A DNA stretch of 54,483 nt, from contig JAVRCJ020000045.1 of assembly GCA_034530875.2 (NCBI GenBank), positions 1 through 54,483 of the forward strand, written 5' to 3'. Made by a program: the position numbers and the translations under genes. This DNA comes from Nostoc sp. DedSLP01. Its GTDB lineage: Bacteria; Cyanobacteriota; Cyanobacteriia; Cyanobacteriales; Nostocaceae. Below the pieces are notes generated by a model, which saw nothing but the letters and a program-made list of their open reading frames with translations, ran no database searches and was not told the origin of the DNA. Shown piece after piece: positions 11,360 through 21,689 of the stretch. Every line of letters starts with the position of its first letter. Within the stretch, counting starts at the first letter, position 1.

Positions 11360-11680
11360 TCATTTCATAGCGATCGCCAATGCGGTTTCGAGTTCTTCTT
11401 GAGTCATAGTAGTTAAAATAAATACTTCTTGTACAGTCTTACCCTGCCGTGCTATGACTTTATACCCTCCACGGATTGGTACTGAGACGCGCAGCTGCAT
11501 TTTTGGGCAATGACCTTTTACCCGACCAATTACTCCTGGCGTCACAGTTTGGATGCCATCCTGCTGACACAGACGTTCTAAAATTGGGATTAGACCAGAA
11601 ATGTGGGTGGAGTGATTCCAAACCAGTCTGGCAGATTTTTGGGAAGCTGTGCGATCGGGATTTGCGGTGGGTTTACCCAT
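11360..11680 (-). CDS. DUF2103 family protein
   Basis: RLVWNHSTHI.GLIP.LE and ARQGKTVQEVF motifs. Confidence 0.85.
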   Translation of the reverse strand: MGKPTANPDRTASQKSARLVWNHSTHISGLIPILERLCQQDGIQTVTPGVIGRVKGHCPKMQLRVSVPIRGGYKVIARQGKTVQEVFILTTMTQEELETALAIAMK

Positions 11681-11685
11681 GATGA

Positions 11686-12012
11686 TTAAGCTGCTTCTAG
11701 AGGTGCCATTGTCAAACCTGCACGGCGCAGCTGCTGATGATAAAGTTCCGCAGGTTCTTGGGGGCCAACCCAGACGATCGCTTGACCTTCATAGTGTACC
11801 TGATTAGTCAAATCCCAAGCGCGATCGCCACTCATTCCCGGAATATATGTCATCAAACATTCGGCCACATGTTGGAATGTATTAAAATCGTCGTTTAATA
11901 CAATCACTTTGTAATTTGGGTAAGTCTTACGGATAACTTGATTAGACCGTTCAGGAGCTACAGTTGGTGCTGCGGCCATCCCGTAAACATCTGCTGAAAG
12001 TGTCGTAACCAT
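11686..12012 (-). CDS. clpS: Clp protease adaptor ClpS
   Basis: YKVIVLNDDFNTFQHV...VHYEGQAIV motif. Confidence 0.95.
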   Translation of the reverse strand: MVTTLSADVYGMAAAPTVAPERSNQVIRKTYPNYKVIVLNDDFNTFQHVAECLMTYIPGMSGDRAWDLTNQVHYEGQAIVWVGPQEPAELYHQQLRRAGLTMAPLEAA

Positions 12013-12074
12013 AGAACAATAAATAAACAGGATTTTACAAAACTACATTCAAGTAACTAGTTTAGTGCATTGTT

Positions 12075-12228
12075 TGGGGAGTGGGGAATGGGGAGTGGGG
12101 AATGGGGAGATGGGGAGCAGGGGAGGCAGAGGAAAAGGTTAAAGGGAAAAGGGAAAAGGAATAAATTTAATCTTTCCCCTTTTCCCCTTACCCTTTTCCC
12201 TTTCCCCATTCCAATGCGCAATTCCCTA
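12075..12228. repeat. STRR arrays in inverted arrangement
   Basis: ggggagt/ggggaat and aaaggga runs followed by complementary ttcccct runs. Confidence 0.85.
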
Positions 12229-14256
12229 TCGCCAATCTTCCCAGTTTTGGTTAAAAATAGATGTATCGGGGAAAGCGGTGGGGTTGCCATTTTGTTGCAG
12301 CAACCGTTTCAGCGCTTCTAGTTGTGGTTCTGGTTTGGGTAAATCATCGACTAGTTGGTAAGGTGCGATCGCATTTTTTATCGCAAAACTAGCAACGGTT
12401 CCCGCAGCTGCGCCAGCCGACCATTCAAAGGAATGTACTCGATAAGCAGCGGCGGCAATGTGGCTGGTAGCAATACTTTTACCTCCCACTAATAAATTAT
12501 CAATTTTTTGGGGAATCATCGCCCTGAGAGCAATTTGGAAGGGATAAGCTTGACCGGCGCCGCGTCTTTCACCAGCACGTTCTGTATTGCCAGGGGCTTC
12601 CGGAGGACTATTAGTCATGCAAGGATGGAAATCGATGGCGTAGTGACCGATACCCACAGCATCGGGGAAGATGGTAGAACGAGTCCGACGCATTGCTTTA
12701 TCTGGTGAAACTTCACCCGCAATCACAGATGTAGCTTCTAATCCTGCCAGTGCCGCCCTTAACTGACGATACATCTCTGGTGGCAGAGTCTTGCGGTAAT
12801 ACTCGTCATTGTAATTTCGGCGAGAAATATCAATTTCCCAGATAGTAAAGCCTCCTGGTTGTCCCCAACTAGGGCGGCCAATGATGCGGCGTGCTTCTCG
12901 CATATAGGGATACTTCGATAAACCATGCGCTGTCCCCATTGGAGACTTTAGCCCTGCAACATAGCGGTTATTAGTTCGCTGCTGTTTGACGCCTTCCCCT
13001 AGTTGAGAATCTGTAGTTCCAGCCACGAACCAGTAATAGAAAGATAAGGCATGTTCCTCAGCTTTGCGGAGGGTTTCTGTTCGCAGCCCTCCCATCCAAC
13101 CCCCTGACTGTAATTGTCCAGTACTTTGTAACTGTTGGCGTGTATAAATTAAATTATCCCGGGCAGTGCCAGGGCGGTAGTCATTACCCCAAGTCCAGTT
13201 TTGCATGGAGATATCCCCTGGAGAAGCGGCATTAAAACTTACACCACCAAATTTTGTTGGTTGTCCTTTCTTGGGACTCCAAATGCGACGATAAGTGAAG
13301 ACTAAATCAAAATTAGCCAGTCGTGCTAGTTCATAGCTGAAATATGGTGAGTATTGTAAATAAAATGGCGGCATTTCCTGGGGTTGCGGATCCTTAGTTG
13401 CCTCCATTGCAAAGGTGTAGGTAAAGCCTTGGGGACAATAAGGATCGTTAGTGGTACTGGAAGCAGAAGGTTCTAGGTAAGAAAGGGCATCAATGCCTAA
13501 ACGGTAGGGTACATCAGCCAAGGCGATAATTTCCCCGGTTTCAGTGGTGTCTATAACGTACCACTTAGGGGCATCTGTTTTACTTGGCTTGGGAATGAAG
13601 CGCACAATAGTTTTGGTAAATCGAGACGAGTTATCGTAGCGATAGGCGTCTTCAAAAACTTGGGATAACGTAAAAGTGTTGAGGGGTGGTGCGCCCTTTA
13701 CTGGTTGATGTTGGATAGCGATCGCACTATTAATTAACTTACCATCAGCAGCGATTTCCAAATCCTTAATTACCGTGTTCGGAAACCATTGCAACTTTCC
13801 TTTACCGCGTTTCTCAGCATCTTTGAGTATCTGAGCTAAAATGCTGTGAGCATCGCGGGGGAGAAAACAAGAATCACTTACCCAGCAATCACCAGGATTA
13901 AGTTTACCGTATTTACGCTCAATGTGATTTCGCAATTCCAAGTATCCGCGAGAATAGAATTGCTTCGCCCGTTGAGTTGGACGTTCATCTAACGCAGACG
14001 TCCCTTGAGCAGAAATTTGTCCCCCCAACCAGTCGGTAATTTCCGTCAAACAAACCGTTCGTCCCGCCAGTAACCCCTCGTAAGCTGTAGCAACACCAGA
14101 TAGTCCGCCACCCACAATTAAAATCTCGCAATTGACGCTTTTATCTGGGGTTCTCGGTGGTGCTGCCTTTGCCATATCAAATGCAACTAAGCCAGATATT
14201 AAATTGAAACCAAACAGCGATGCCAAGCTATAAGCTACTTTATGTCTACATTTCAT
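12226..14256 (-). CDS. FAD-dependent oxidoreductase with N-terminal export signal
   Basis: VGGGLSG dinucleotide motif, PYMREARRI, DNLLVGGKSIATSHIA. Confidence 0.9.
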   Translation of the reverse strand: MKCRHKVAYSLASLFGFNLISGLVAFDMAKAAPPRTPDKSVNCEILIVGGGLSGVATAYEGLLAGRTVCLTEITDWLGGQISAQGTSALDERPTQRAKQFYSRGYLELRNHIERKYGKLNPGDCWVSDSCFLPRDAHSILAQILKDAEKRGKGKLQWFPNTVIKDLEIAADGKLINSAIAIQHQPVKGAPPLNTFTLSQVFEDAYRYDNSSRFTKTIVRFIPKPSKTDAPKWYVIDTTETGEIIALADVPYRLGIDALSYLEPSASSTTNDPYCPQGFTYTFAMEATKDPQPQEMPPFYLQYSPYFSYELARLANFDLVFTYRRIWSPKKGQPTKFGGVSFNAASPGDISMQNWTWGNDYRPGTARDNLIYTRQQLQSTGQLQSGGWMGGLRTETLRKAEEHALSFYYWFVAGTTDSQLGEGVKQQRTNNRYVAGLKSPMGTAHGLSKYPYMREARRIIGRPSWGQPGGFTIWEIDISRRNYNDEYYRKTLPPEMYRQLRAALAGLEATSVIAGEVSPDKAMRRTRSTIFPDAVGIGHYAIDFHPCMTNSPPEAPGNTERAGERRGAGQAYPFQIALRAMIPQKIDNLLVGGKSIATSHIAAAAYRVHSFEWSAGAAAGTVASFAIKNAIAPYQLVDDLPKPEPQLEALKRLLQQNGNPTAFPDTSIFNQNWEDWR

Positions 14257-14339
14257 CGTTAAGTAAACCCCTGAAAATCCTCTGTCACCTTGTAGACGGT
14301 ATCATCCAAGAAATGTCGATCGCAAATATATTGAATTGG

Positions 14340-14485
14340 AGAATGGGGAGATGGGGAGATGGGGAGGTGTGGGAGGAGAGGGAGGTGTGGGAGGTGTGGG
14401 AAGATGGGGAAGAAATCTTTCCCCCCACTCCCCCCACTCCCCTCTCTCCCCACACTCCCCACACTTCCCCATCTCCCTATTCCAC
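14340..14485. repeat. G-rich/C-rich inverted tandem repeat block
   Basis: ggggagat and gggaggtgt units followed by complementary ccccactc/cccacact units. Confidence 0.85.
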
Positions 14486-14487
14486 AC

Positions 14488-15726
14488 TCACTCAAATATT
14501 GGCCCGCGTACCCCGCTAACACCAGAAACTTTGCCAGACTTGGTATTGGCTGCACAGCCTACATAGTAGCCACCAGCAAAAGTTAAGCCTGTGTCAGTTC
14601 GCAGAAAGAAAGCACGATAGAGAACATCTAACTGTTGTTGTTGAACGGCGTCGGAATCATCAATGAAGGGTAACGTTACTTTTTGGTGTTCGACAAGACG
14701 CTGGACTACGGCAAGGGTATGATTCGCGCGCAGTTCGCGTACTAAATCGATCCATTTTTGCGCTCTTTGATAAGAGCCGACTTTCACACCTCTAGAGCCA
14801 TAAGATTGGTCTGGTGTTAAAATTTTGATTACAGATTTTTGACGTTCGGGAATTTCCTCAGTAATTGCAGATAATAATTTAATTTCTGGAATAATTCTTT
14901 GAGCAATTTCCAGATTTAACCCTGCTTTTTCCCATATACTAGTTTCGCTAAAAATTGAAGCTAATCCTAACTTAGACATTAATATATCTGGATGAGGCTC
15001 TATCTCTATCTTACCTTCCACCCAAGACTGCAAAAGCAACTCTAGATTAGTTTTTAAAGGTGACTCAGTTTCAGCTTCTATTTTCCAAGGGTCAAAGTAG
15101 CGGTGAATATAGAGTTTATCCTGCTGAAAAAATTCTGGCTTTAATTCACCTAATAGATGCACTTGTTCGGGGTTTCCAGACATTTCCCGAACAAAGAACC
15201 GAGCATCATAATAATCTAAATCTTTTTGAGTCAGTAGAACATGAATATTATCGCAGATGCGATCGCGATACTGTTGAGCTAGGGTAGGTTCGTAACCCCA
15301 TACTTTCTGAAAAAGTGTAATAATTCCCAACCCACTGGGGTTATGCTCGATTTCAAAGATTTGGGGTATCCCTGCTAGGGATGTAAAATCAACACGCATC
15401 AGCCGTGGAATTTTTGCCGCACCTACTTGGTTTACCTGACTTTGAAGAGGTGTTTGATTAAAGGGCGGCCATGTTTGCAGTCCTAAATCCCAAGCTTTTG
15501 CCAAAGTATCAATAAAGTTTTGTAGAAAAGCTGTGAGGGTCGCAATTTCATTATGAAGATACAAAGGTTGGATGCCAATGTTGAAAGAACAGTTGCAATC
15601 ATCTTTGTATTTTTGAATAGCTGGAAATTTTTTGATAGCTTCCTGTTGGGCTGTTAACACAGATGCTATCTGCGATTCGAGCAAGTCCAAGGAACTAGCC
15701 GAAGTATCTTTTGTATTTGCTGCCAT
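14488..15726 (-). CDS. Hypothetical protein, probable circularly permuted ATP-grasp amide ligase
   Basis: LMRVDF...IFEIEHNPSGLG and VIK...SYGSRGVKVG...VVQRLV resemble glutathionylspermidine-synthetase-like motifs. Confidence 0.6.
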   Translation of the reverse strand: MAANTKDTSASSLDLLESQIASVLTAQQEAIKKFPAIQKYKDDCNCSFNIGIQPLYLHNEIATLTAFLQNFIDTLAKAWDLGLQTWPPFNQTPLQSQVNQVGAAKIPRLMRVDFTSLAGIPQIFEIEHNPSGLGIITLFQKVWGYEPTLAQQYRDRICDNIHVLLTQKDLDYYDARFFVREMSGNPEQVHLLGELKPEFFQQDKLYIHRYFDPWKIEAETESPLKTNLELLLQSWVEGKIEIEPHPDILMSKLGLASIFSETSIWEKAGLNLEIAQRIIPEIKLLSAITEEIPERQKSVIKILTPDQSYGSRGVKVGSYQRAQKWIDLVRELRANHTLAVVQRLVEHQKVTLPFIDDSDAVQQQQLDVLYRAFFLRTDTGLTFAGGYYVGCAANTKSGKVSGVSGVRGPIFE

Positions 15727-15851
15727 TTATACTTTGTTCTCAAATACACTGTTAACCTGAGTCTAAATGGATTTCAGTATTTTTGTCTATCAATTTTAAA
15801 CCCAGGTATCAACTGTCAAAATATAGATTTCCCGTTTTAGTGAAGTACAAG

Positions 15852-15878
15852 GTAGGGGCGCAAAGCTTTACGCCCCTA
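15852..15878. repeat. REP-like palindrome
   Basis: gtaggggcgcaaagctttacgcccctag hairpin starting with GTAG. Confidence 0.6.
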
Positions 15879-16108
15879 GAAATTTCCGTACAGATAAATT
15901 CCTTAAGCCAAGTGTATTGAAATAAAATCCCCTCTCCCTATTTCCGGGTAAACGGAGAATCGGGTTAGAGAGGATAACTTAGTACAACATTTCATTAATT
16001 CGTAGCGAATTCTCTGCGTGCCTTGGCGCTTACCTCTGCGCTAGTTTGCGTTTAAATTTCAACCTCAATTCACCACGATTTTACGCAAACCTGTACTTAG
16101 GGTATTTA

Positions 16109-19100
16109 CTAGCTTTCGTAAGTTTCTTGGGAGAATTTCTTATGAATGGTTTTTGGAGATTCCCCAGCAGCAGCTACTGTTATGAGATAGTCCATTAAAC
16201 CATCTGAAAAGGGCAGACGGAGGTGGAAAGTCCCATCTGGTTTAACTTTGATGGGATGACCGCCAATGGCTACGCTTGTATTGGGTTCGGTTGCTCCGTG
16301 AATAATCAATTCTGCATCTGCAATAAACCAAAAATCTTTTTGAGGACGATTGAAAACACGAATATTAGGCGATCGCGCTATGTGTAACCAACGTTGTTTA
16401 CCGCCGTAGGCATCGCCATCTGCAATATAACCAATTTCAGCCATGTAATCGCGATCGCTTGCGGGAATCGCTACAAAGCGATCGTTTGCTACTTCTTCGC
16501 ATTCGTACTGCTGTACGAGTTGCGGAGTTTGATAGCTCAGGTCAATGCCAGTGACATCATACAGCCGCACTGCCAATTGAGAACCACCTTGTTGTCGCAG
16601 CGCTTGCTTTTGAGCCGGGGAAATGTACCACGACACATAAGCCCACTTGGGGGTACGCGATGTCAAGACAATACTACTTTCTGGTTCGGCATCTACCAAG
16701 CCATTAGCTGTTTCGGTCGCTACAGGCAATTCTTCGACGATGGGATCTGGCTCAACAGGGTTGAAAACATGCACAATTGCTGAATGGGTTATGGGGAACC
16801 AGCGATCGCCTTCATCAAAATAGCCGATTTCAGCTATGTAATCGCGATCGGTTGCGGGTATCTGCACGCTGCTGCTGAGTAATTCTTCACTTTCGTACTC
16901 CCCTATCAGCTGGGGAATTTGATAACTCAAGTCAATGCCAGTCACATCATACAGCCGCACCACCAGTTGAGAGATACCTTTTTGCCGCAGTGCCGATTTG
17001 AGGCTTTCGGGAATTTCCCAAGAGATATCAGCTAATGCATGAGTCTGGGGTGTCAAGACAATACTGCTTTTTGGTTCATCTATAAAGCCATTAGCTGTTT
17101 CGGTTGACGCAGGCAATTCTTCCACGATGGGATCGGGTTCAACAGGACTGAAAACACGCACGATTGCTGAACGGGCTATGGCAAACCAGCCATCGCCTTC
17201 AGCAAGATAGCCAATTTCAGCTATGTAGTCGCGATCGCTTGCAGGAATTTCCACATCATTGCTGAGTAATTCTTCGCTTTCGTACTCTCGTACAAGCTGG
17301 GGAGTTTGATAACTCAAGTCAATGCCAGTCACATCATACAGCCGCACTAATAAATGAGAGACACCGTGTTGTCGCAGTATCGATTTGAGGGTTTCGGAAA
17401 TCTCCCAAGAGATATGAGCCGAGGTAGGAGTCCGGGGTATCAGGACGATACTGCCGTGTTCTTGTGCATCTAAGAAGCCATGAGCTGTTGCGGCTGGGGT
17501 GGCTGCATTGTCAGGCGTACTAGCCCAAGCTGCAACTCCTGCCCCGGCTGCTAAAGCAGCAGCACTAGCAAAGTCTGGGGATTGCGATGGCTCCACAAGT
17601 GGTTCGGCTGCATCTGCTACCACATTGAAGGCATCATCTTCTGGCACTTCTGGCAATCCGACTAGTGGTGAGGTTTCTGCCGCAGGTTGTTCGTTTGCTA
17701 CTACCTCATCGAACTCTGACAAGGGTGGATCTTCAATTGCTGTAATACTTTCTAGCCATTCCAATTCTGCCTTGAGTTCTTGTTGCACCAGTTCGTCAGT
17801 AACTTCTGTATCCCAATATTCAAAATCAGAAGTTGCTTTGGGCACATCTGCGAATTGAGGCTGTGGAGTTGTTTCTTCGGATGTTTCTTCTGGAAGATTA
17901 CCCAACTGAGGATATGAAGTATTTACTACAGCTGCGGGAGCTTCTATATCCCACGCAGCTTCGCTAGACTCCGGAGGACTGACTCCAGCATGATTACTTA
18001 TTTCAAGTGCTTCATTTTCCAGGTCTGTTTGTTTATCAGCAAAGTTAGACCAAGTAGCTGCACCGATTCCTGTGGACAGAGCAGCACCATCCATTAAAGC
18101 TGCGGCTCCATAGTTGTTATTCTCCGATCCATCAGCTACGCCTGAGCTTGAGCCATTAGCCGCATATTGTGGAGTGCCATTCTGTGGGACGTCAGATGAT
18201 GTTTGATTATAAATCTGAAAAGGAGTGCGCTCGGGAGTTTCCTGTTGTGGCAACTCAACGCTAGTACTAGGACTAGGATTGATTGCGGGTTCTACATCAT
18301 CTGTGCTGGTTGGATTTGGATTAGCTGGTGGTAAATCCTCTGTTTTTTCAGGGAGCGATCGCTGCGTCCTAAAAAACCACCAGAGTACTCCTCCGCCTAA
18401 AGTAACCAGCAATAAAGGTAAGAGCAACCAAAATGGTGTTTCCTTATTGACAATTGGAGTTTTTTCTGCATTTGGAGCTACAAAGGGCTGGTCGCCAAAT
18501 ACAGAAGTACTTGCATTGGGAGAAGCTGTAGCAGCGGGTGTAGTTTCTGCGCTGGGGGAAGTTGTAGCACCAGGTGTCGTTTCTGTAGTGGGGGAAACAG
18601 CAGTCGGTTGCGATACCCTAGCTGCGATCGCCTCAGCTTCAGCGACTCTGGCTTGTTCTATAGCCTGCTGTCCGGCTGGTGCGAGGGTAAAGCCGAGAAA
18701 ACTTGCTGCACCTAAACTAGGATTTTTTTTGTAAACGTAAACTAATGGCTGCGAGAAGGGATATTTAGGATCGTCTGGCAAGGTTTGATGTAATTGCAGA
18801 ACTCGCACGTTTTCTAATTTCGATATCTGATTCGCTAATACGTAGCTGATACCGTCTTTGCCTAGCTGTTTGACGATTTCAGCGGTGTTGTCCTCACTTA
18901 CTGGCGTAGCAGTGGAGCCTGTAGCAAATTTAGCCGTTTTGAAAGCTGGGTAATCCCGAAAAGTATCGCGAGTATCGCTGGTTTCGGGGCGATCGATTAC
19001 CCGAATCTTGGCGTCAGGGCCGCCCAATTGCGACCAATTTTTAATTTGTCCTCGAAAAATGCGGGCGAATTGCCTGCTAGTCAAACTTCCCTTGAAAGGG

Positions 19101-19519
19101 TTATCCGCACCAACCACGATCGCAATTTTTTCACGCCGCAACCGGACTTGCTCCAGCCCTAATGCTTTTTCTGCCGGCGTTAAACCACGGCCGATTGCCA
19201 CTATGTCGATTTTGCCATCCAGCAAATCTCTTAGTGCTTGTTCGGTGCCATTAGCGGTAAATTCCACCTTTGTACCCGAAAATTGTTTTTCAAAACTATC
19301 TTTGAGGCTTTGGTTAATTGCAGTTAAGCTACTGGAACCATCAATGCGGATTGTCGTTCCATTTTCCACTGTTTGCGGCAGTGGGAAAGACGGAGTTTCC
19401 GGTGCAGATTCCGCTAGTGTGGGCGCTGAAACTACCATTGCTGCCATTGGGGTCGTAGCTAAAGCAACCCATAACACCAACTTAACTATTGAAGTATCTT
19501 TTTTTTCTTGTTGCCACAT
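16109..19519 (-). CDS. PstS-like substrate-binding domain + TM + low-complexity linker + three DUF4912-type repeats
   Basis: IDGSSS, RPETSDT and YPFSQPL motifs; TM near aa 365; three RLYDVTGIDLSYQ repeats; C-terminal DAELIIHGATEP. Confidence 0.85.
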   Translation of the reverse strand: MWQQEKKDTSIVKLVLWVALATTPMAAMVVSAPTLAESAPETPSFPLPQTVENGTTIRIDGSSSLTAINQSLKDSFEKQFSGTKVEFTANGTEQALRDLLDGKIDIVAIGRGLTPAEKALGLEQVRLRREKIAIVVGADNPFKGSLTSRQFARIFRGQIKNWSQLGGPDAKIRVIDRPETSDTRDTFRDYPAFKTAKFATGSTATPVSEDNTAEIVKQLGKDGISYVLANQISKLENVRVLQLHQTLPDDPKYPFSQPLVYVYKKNPSLGAASFLGFTLAPAGQQAIEQARVAEAEAIAARVSQPTAVSPTTETTPGATTSPSAETTPAATASPNASTSVFGDQPFVAPNAEKTPIVNKETPFWLLLPLLLVTLGGGVLWWFFRTQRSLPEKTEDLPPANPNPTSTDDVEPAINPSPSTSVELPQQETPERTPFQIYNQTSSDVPQNGTPQYAANGSSSGVADGSENNNYGAAALMDGAALSTGIGAATWSNFADKQTDLENEALEISNHAGVSPPESSEAAWDIEAPAAVVNTSYPQLGNLPEETSEETTPQPQFADVPKATSDFEYWDTEVTDELVQQELKAELEWLESITAIEDPPLSEFDEVVANEQPAAETSPLVGLPEVPEDDAFNVVADAAEPLVEPSQSPDFASAAALAAGAGVAAWASTPDNAATPAATAHGFLDAQEHGSIVLIPRTPTSAHISWEISETLKSILRQHGVSHLLVRLYDVTGIDLSYQTPQLVREYESEELLSNDVEIPASDRDYIAEIGYLAEGDGWFAIARSAIVRVFSPVEPDPIVEELPASTETANGFIDEPKSSIVLTPQTHALADISWEIPESLKSALRQKGISQLVVRLYDVTGIDLSYQIPQLIGEYESEELLSSSVQIPATDRDYIAEIGYFDEGDRWFPITHSAIVHVFNPVEPDPIVEELPVATETANGLVDAEPESSIVLTSRTPKWAYVSWYISPAQKQALRQQGGSQLAVRLYDVTGIDLSYQTPQLVQQYECEEVANDRFVAIPASDRDYMAEIGYIADGDAYGGKQRWLHIARSPNIRVFNRPQKDFWFIADAELIIHGATEPNTSVAIGGHPIKVKPDGTFHLRLPFSDGLMDYLITVAAAGESPKTIHKKFSQETYES

Positions 19520-19925
19520 ATTGCCGTTATTAAAGTAAAAAATAGAAAGACTGCCAGCCTTAAAGTGCTATCTTTTTCAGGATGATGGAGGAGACGCGCT
19601 AATTATACATCTGAGTTATGTTTACTTCTAATTTCTTCAACATACTTACATCGATTTATACTTTGACATAGGTTATGTAGCATGATAATTTATACTTGAA
19701 CAGCGAGGTCTGTTTACTATAAATTGTTCTAAATTAGATTGCAACTTATACCAACTTGGTAGCTTGCGGTGACAATTATGAATTATTGAATTACTAAAAC
19801 TGGTAAAGTGTAGCAAATTCAATATTATTTAACAATATGGTTTTATTTTTGAACTTAGTTGTGGAAGCAGGGAATTAGGCTTTTGGAGTTGAGGGCAAGT
19901 TTTTTGATGCAATCAAATCGGATTT

Positions 19926-21038
19926 TTATATATCTTTGAGATAACAATGACAATCTGGTTTATCAATTAGCGATTCCACCAAAGCATTCAGGGCAGTTGC
20001 AGCTAAAGCGCCACCTCCCAAAGTTCCTTCAACTGTAATAAAAGGTATTCGTTGTTGCATTAATTGTCGCTTGGCAGCGGGAGCGTGGCTAAAGCCGATG
20101 GGCATTGCAATTACAAGTGCAGGCTGAATTTTTTGATTGGCAATTCCCACACAAATTTCTAGAAGCACCGAGGGAGCATAACCAACAACCAACACGCAAC
20201 CTGGAGTTACTTGTTGCAATTTTTTTCGCCATTCTTGCTGCTGCCAAAAGGCAAGTTCGGCCTCTGTCGCAGTAGTAATATGAGGATTATCAATTAAAGT
20301 TTCAATGTGACATCCCAAGTGAAATAATCGAGTTAGATCCAAAGCCGCAGCAACAGTTTGGGTATCGACAACAATTTGACAGCTTGCAGATAAAGCTTGT
20401 CGGCTGGCGGCGATCGCATCTCGACTCAACTTGACAAAAGACACCAAACTCACATCCCCACAAGCCAAAACCAGCTGCGAAATTAAGTGTTGTTCGATTT
20501 CCGAACGCCCAGATAAATCGGGTAATAAACGTTGCAGCGATTCCGAAAAAGCTTCCGAGTGCGTATGAATTTGAGCATCCAAACCACTCCACAATTTTTC
20601 TAGTCCCCCCAATCCCGCTTGGGTTTCCACATCGAGTAACTTCAGTTGGGCCAGTACTTCCGCTTGCATAATCTGACAATGGCGATCGCGTCCCAATAAT
20701 CCTTCTAATGCTGATGCAGTTTGCCGCAGTTGGGAAATTTGTTGCATTACGGCTCGATATTGCTGTTGCAGTTGCACCATCAAATTTTGATTCGTATCCG
20801 TTTCTGGTTCCACCTCCAAAATGTGACGGATATGATTTAGCTGAAATCCTTGCTGCTTAAGTGCCACAATTCGCTGCAACCGCAGCACATCTTTTTCGTT
20901 GTAGAGACGGTAATTGCTTGGCGATCGTACTGGTTGCGGCAACAGTCCCAATTGATGATAATGCCGCACCATGCGGGGAGTCAAACCGCCACCAACTGCT
21001 TCGGTAAGTTCTTTAATAGTCAAACAACCAGCATTCAT
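19926..21038 (-). CDS. coaR: MerR-family cobalt regulator fused to precorrin-8X methylmutase-like domain
   Basis: MerR HTH (RMVRHYHQLGLL, NYRLY), CobH-like VGYAPS and GGGALAA motifs, C-terminal CHC; divergent from a P1B-4 ATPase. Confidence 0.92.
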   Translation of the reverse strand: MNAGCLTIKELTEAVGGGLTPRMVRHYHQLGLLPQPVRSPSNYRLYNEKDVLRLQRIVALKQQGFQLNHIRHILEVEPETDTNQNLMVQLQQQYRAVMQQISQLRQTASALEGLLGRDRHCQIMQAEVLAQLKLLDVETQAGLGGLEKLWSGLDAQIHTHSEAFSESLQRLLPDLSGRSEIEQHLISQLVLACGDVSLVSFVKLSRDAIAASRQALSASCQIVVDTQTVAAALDLTRLFHLGCHIETLIDNPHITTATEAELAFWQQQEWRKKLQQVTPGCVLVVGYAPSVLLEICVGIANQKIQPALVIAMPIGFSHAPAAKRQLMQQRIPFITVEGTLGGGALAATALNALVESLIDKPDCHCYLKDI

Positions 21039-21157
21039 AATTTACTCCAACAACAGCAAAATTCTTTGTAATTCTCCACAAATTCCACCAACACTATCAA
21101 CTTATCTTTAGTGTTAATGTGTATTTTCAGTACGGCAAATTGTTAGACAACAATCCT

Positions 21158-21661
21158 ATGCTTGAATTTCAAGGGATTTCATTCATTGTCACCCAAGAGC
21201 CACTGTACCCTGTTTCCACCCAAGAACTTTTAGTAGTTGAGGAAAAATTACAAGTTTTATTTCCAGAAGACTATCGTACATTTATTACAACTTTTGGATC
21301 TGGCACATTTCTAGATCTACCTCTACGGGTGTTTTCTCCACACGACATTGTGGAGAATTTGCTAAGTGAAGTACGTGAAAGACTAGCTATGTACTGGTTT
21401 TGGCGAGATAATCCTGAGTCTTTAACGCAAACACTTGCTGTTGAATGTATTCCCTGTTTTGATAGCTACGATGGAGACGATATTCTATTTCATCCCTCTA
21501 ATCGAAATCGCCTATTTGTCTTGCCTCATGGAGACGAAGAAATTTATACTTTTGAGTCTTTTAAAGACCTTTGCAACTGGTACATTAATCGTTATGCTTC
21601 CTTACAACCTCCTTTTCATTTCTCCCCTCACCAAACTTTGATTAATTTGGAAGAAATCTAG
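21158..21661 (+). CDS. SMI1/KNR4 (SUKH) family immunity protein
   Basis: EEKLQVLFPEDYRTFITTFGSG and CFDSYDGDDILF; ATG 21158 (alternative GTG 21119). Confidence 0.85.
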   Translation: MLEFQGISFIVTQEPLYPVSTQELLVVEEKLQVLFPEDYRTFITTFGSGTFLDLPLRVFSPHDIVENLLSEVRERLAMYWFWRDNPESLTQTLAVECIPCFDSYDGDDILFHPSNRNRLFVLPHGDEEIYTFESFKDLCNWYINRYASLQPPFHFSPHQTLINLEEI

Positions 21662-21689
21662 GTTAAGAGCCACTAATTGTAATATATGA

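Noticed and set aside
14220..14586. Several short ORFs here and at 12057-12321
   Set aside because: They are translations of STRR low-complexity repeats
15979..16100. Possible MITE with tagtaca/tgtactta ends
   Set aside because: Ends too degenerate to call confidently
17499..19538. Long antisense ORFs here and within the WD40 and MscS genes
   Set aside because: Shadow frames of well-supported genes, with no motifs
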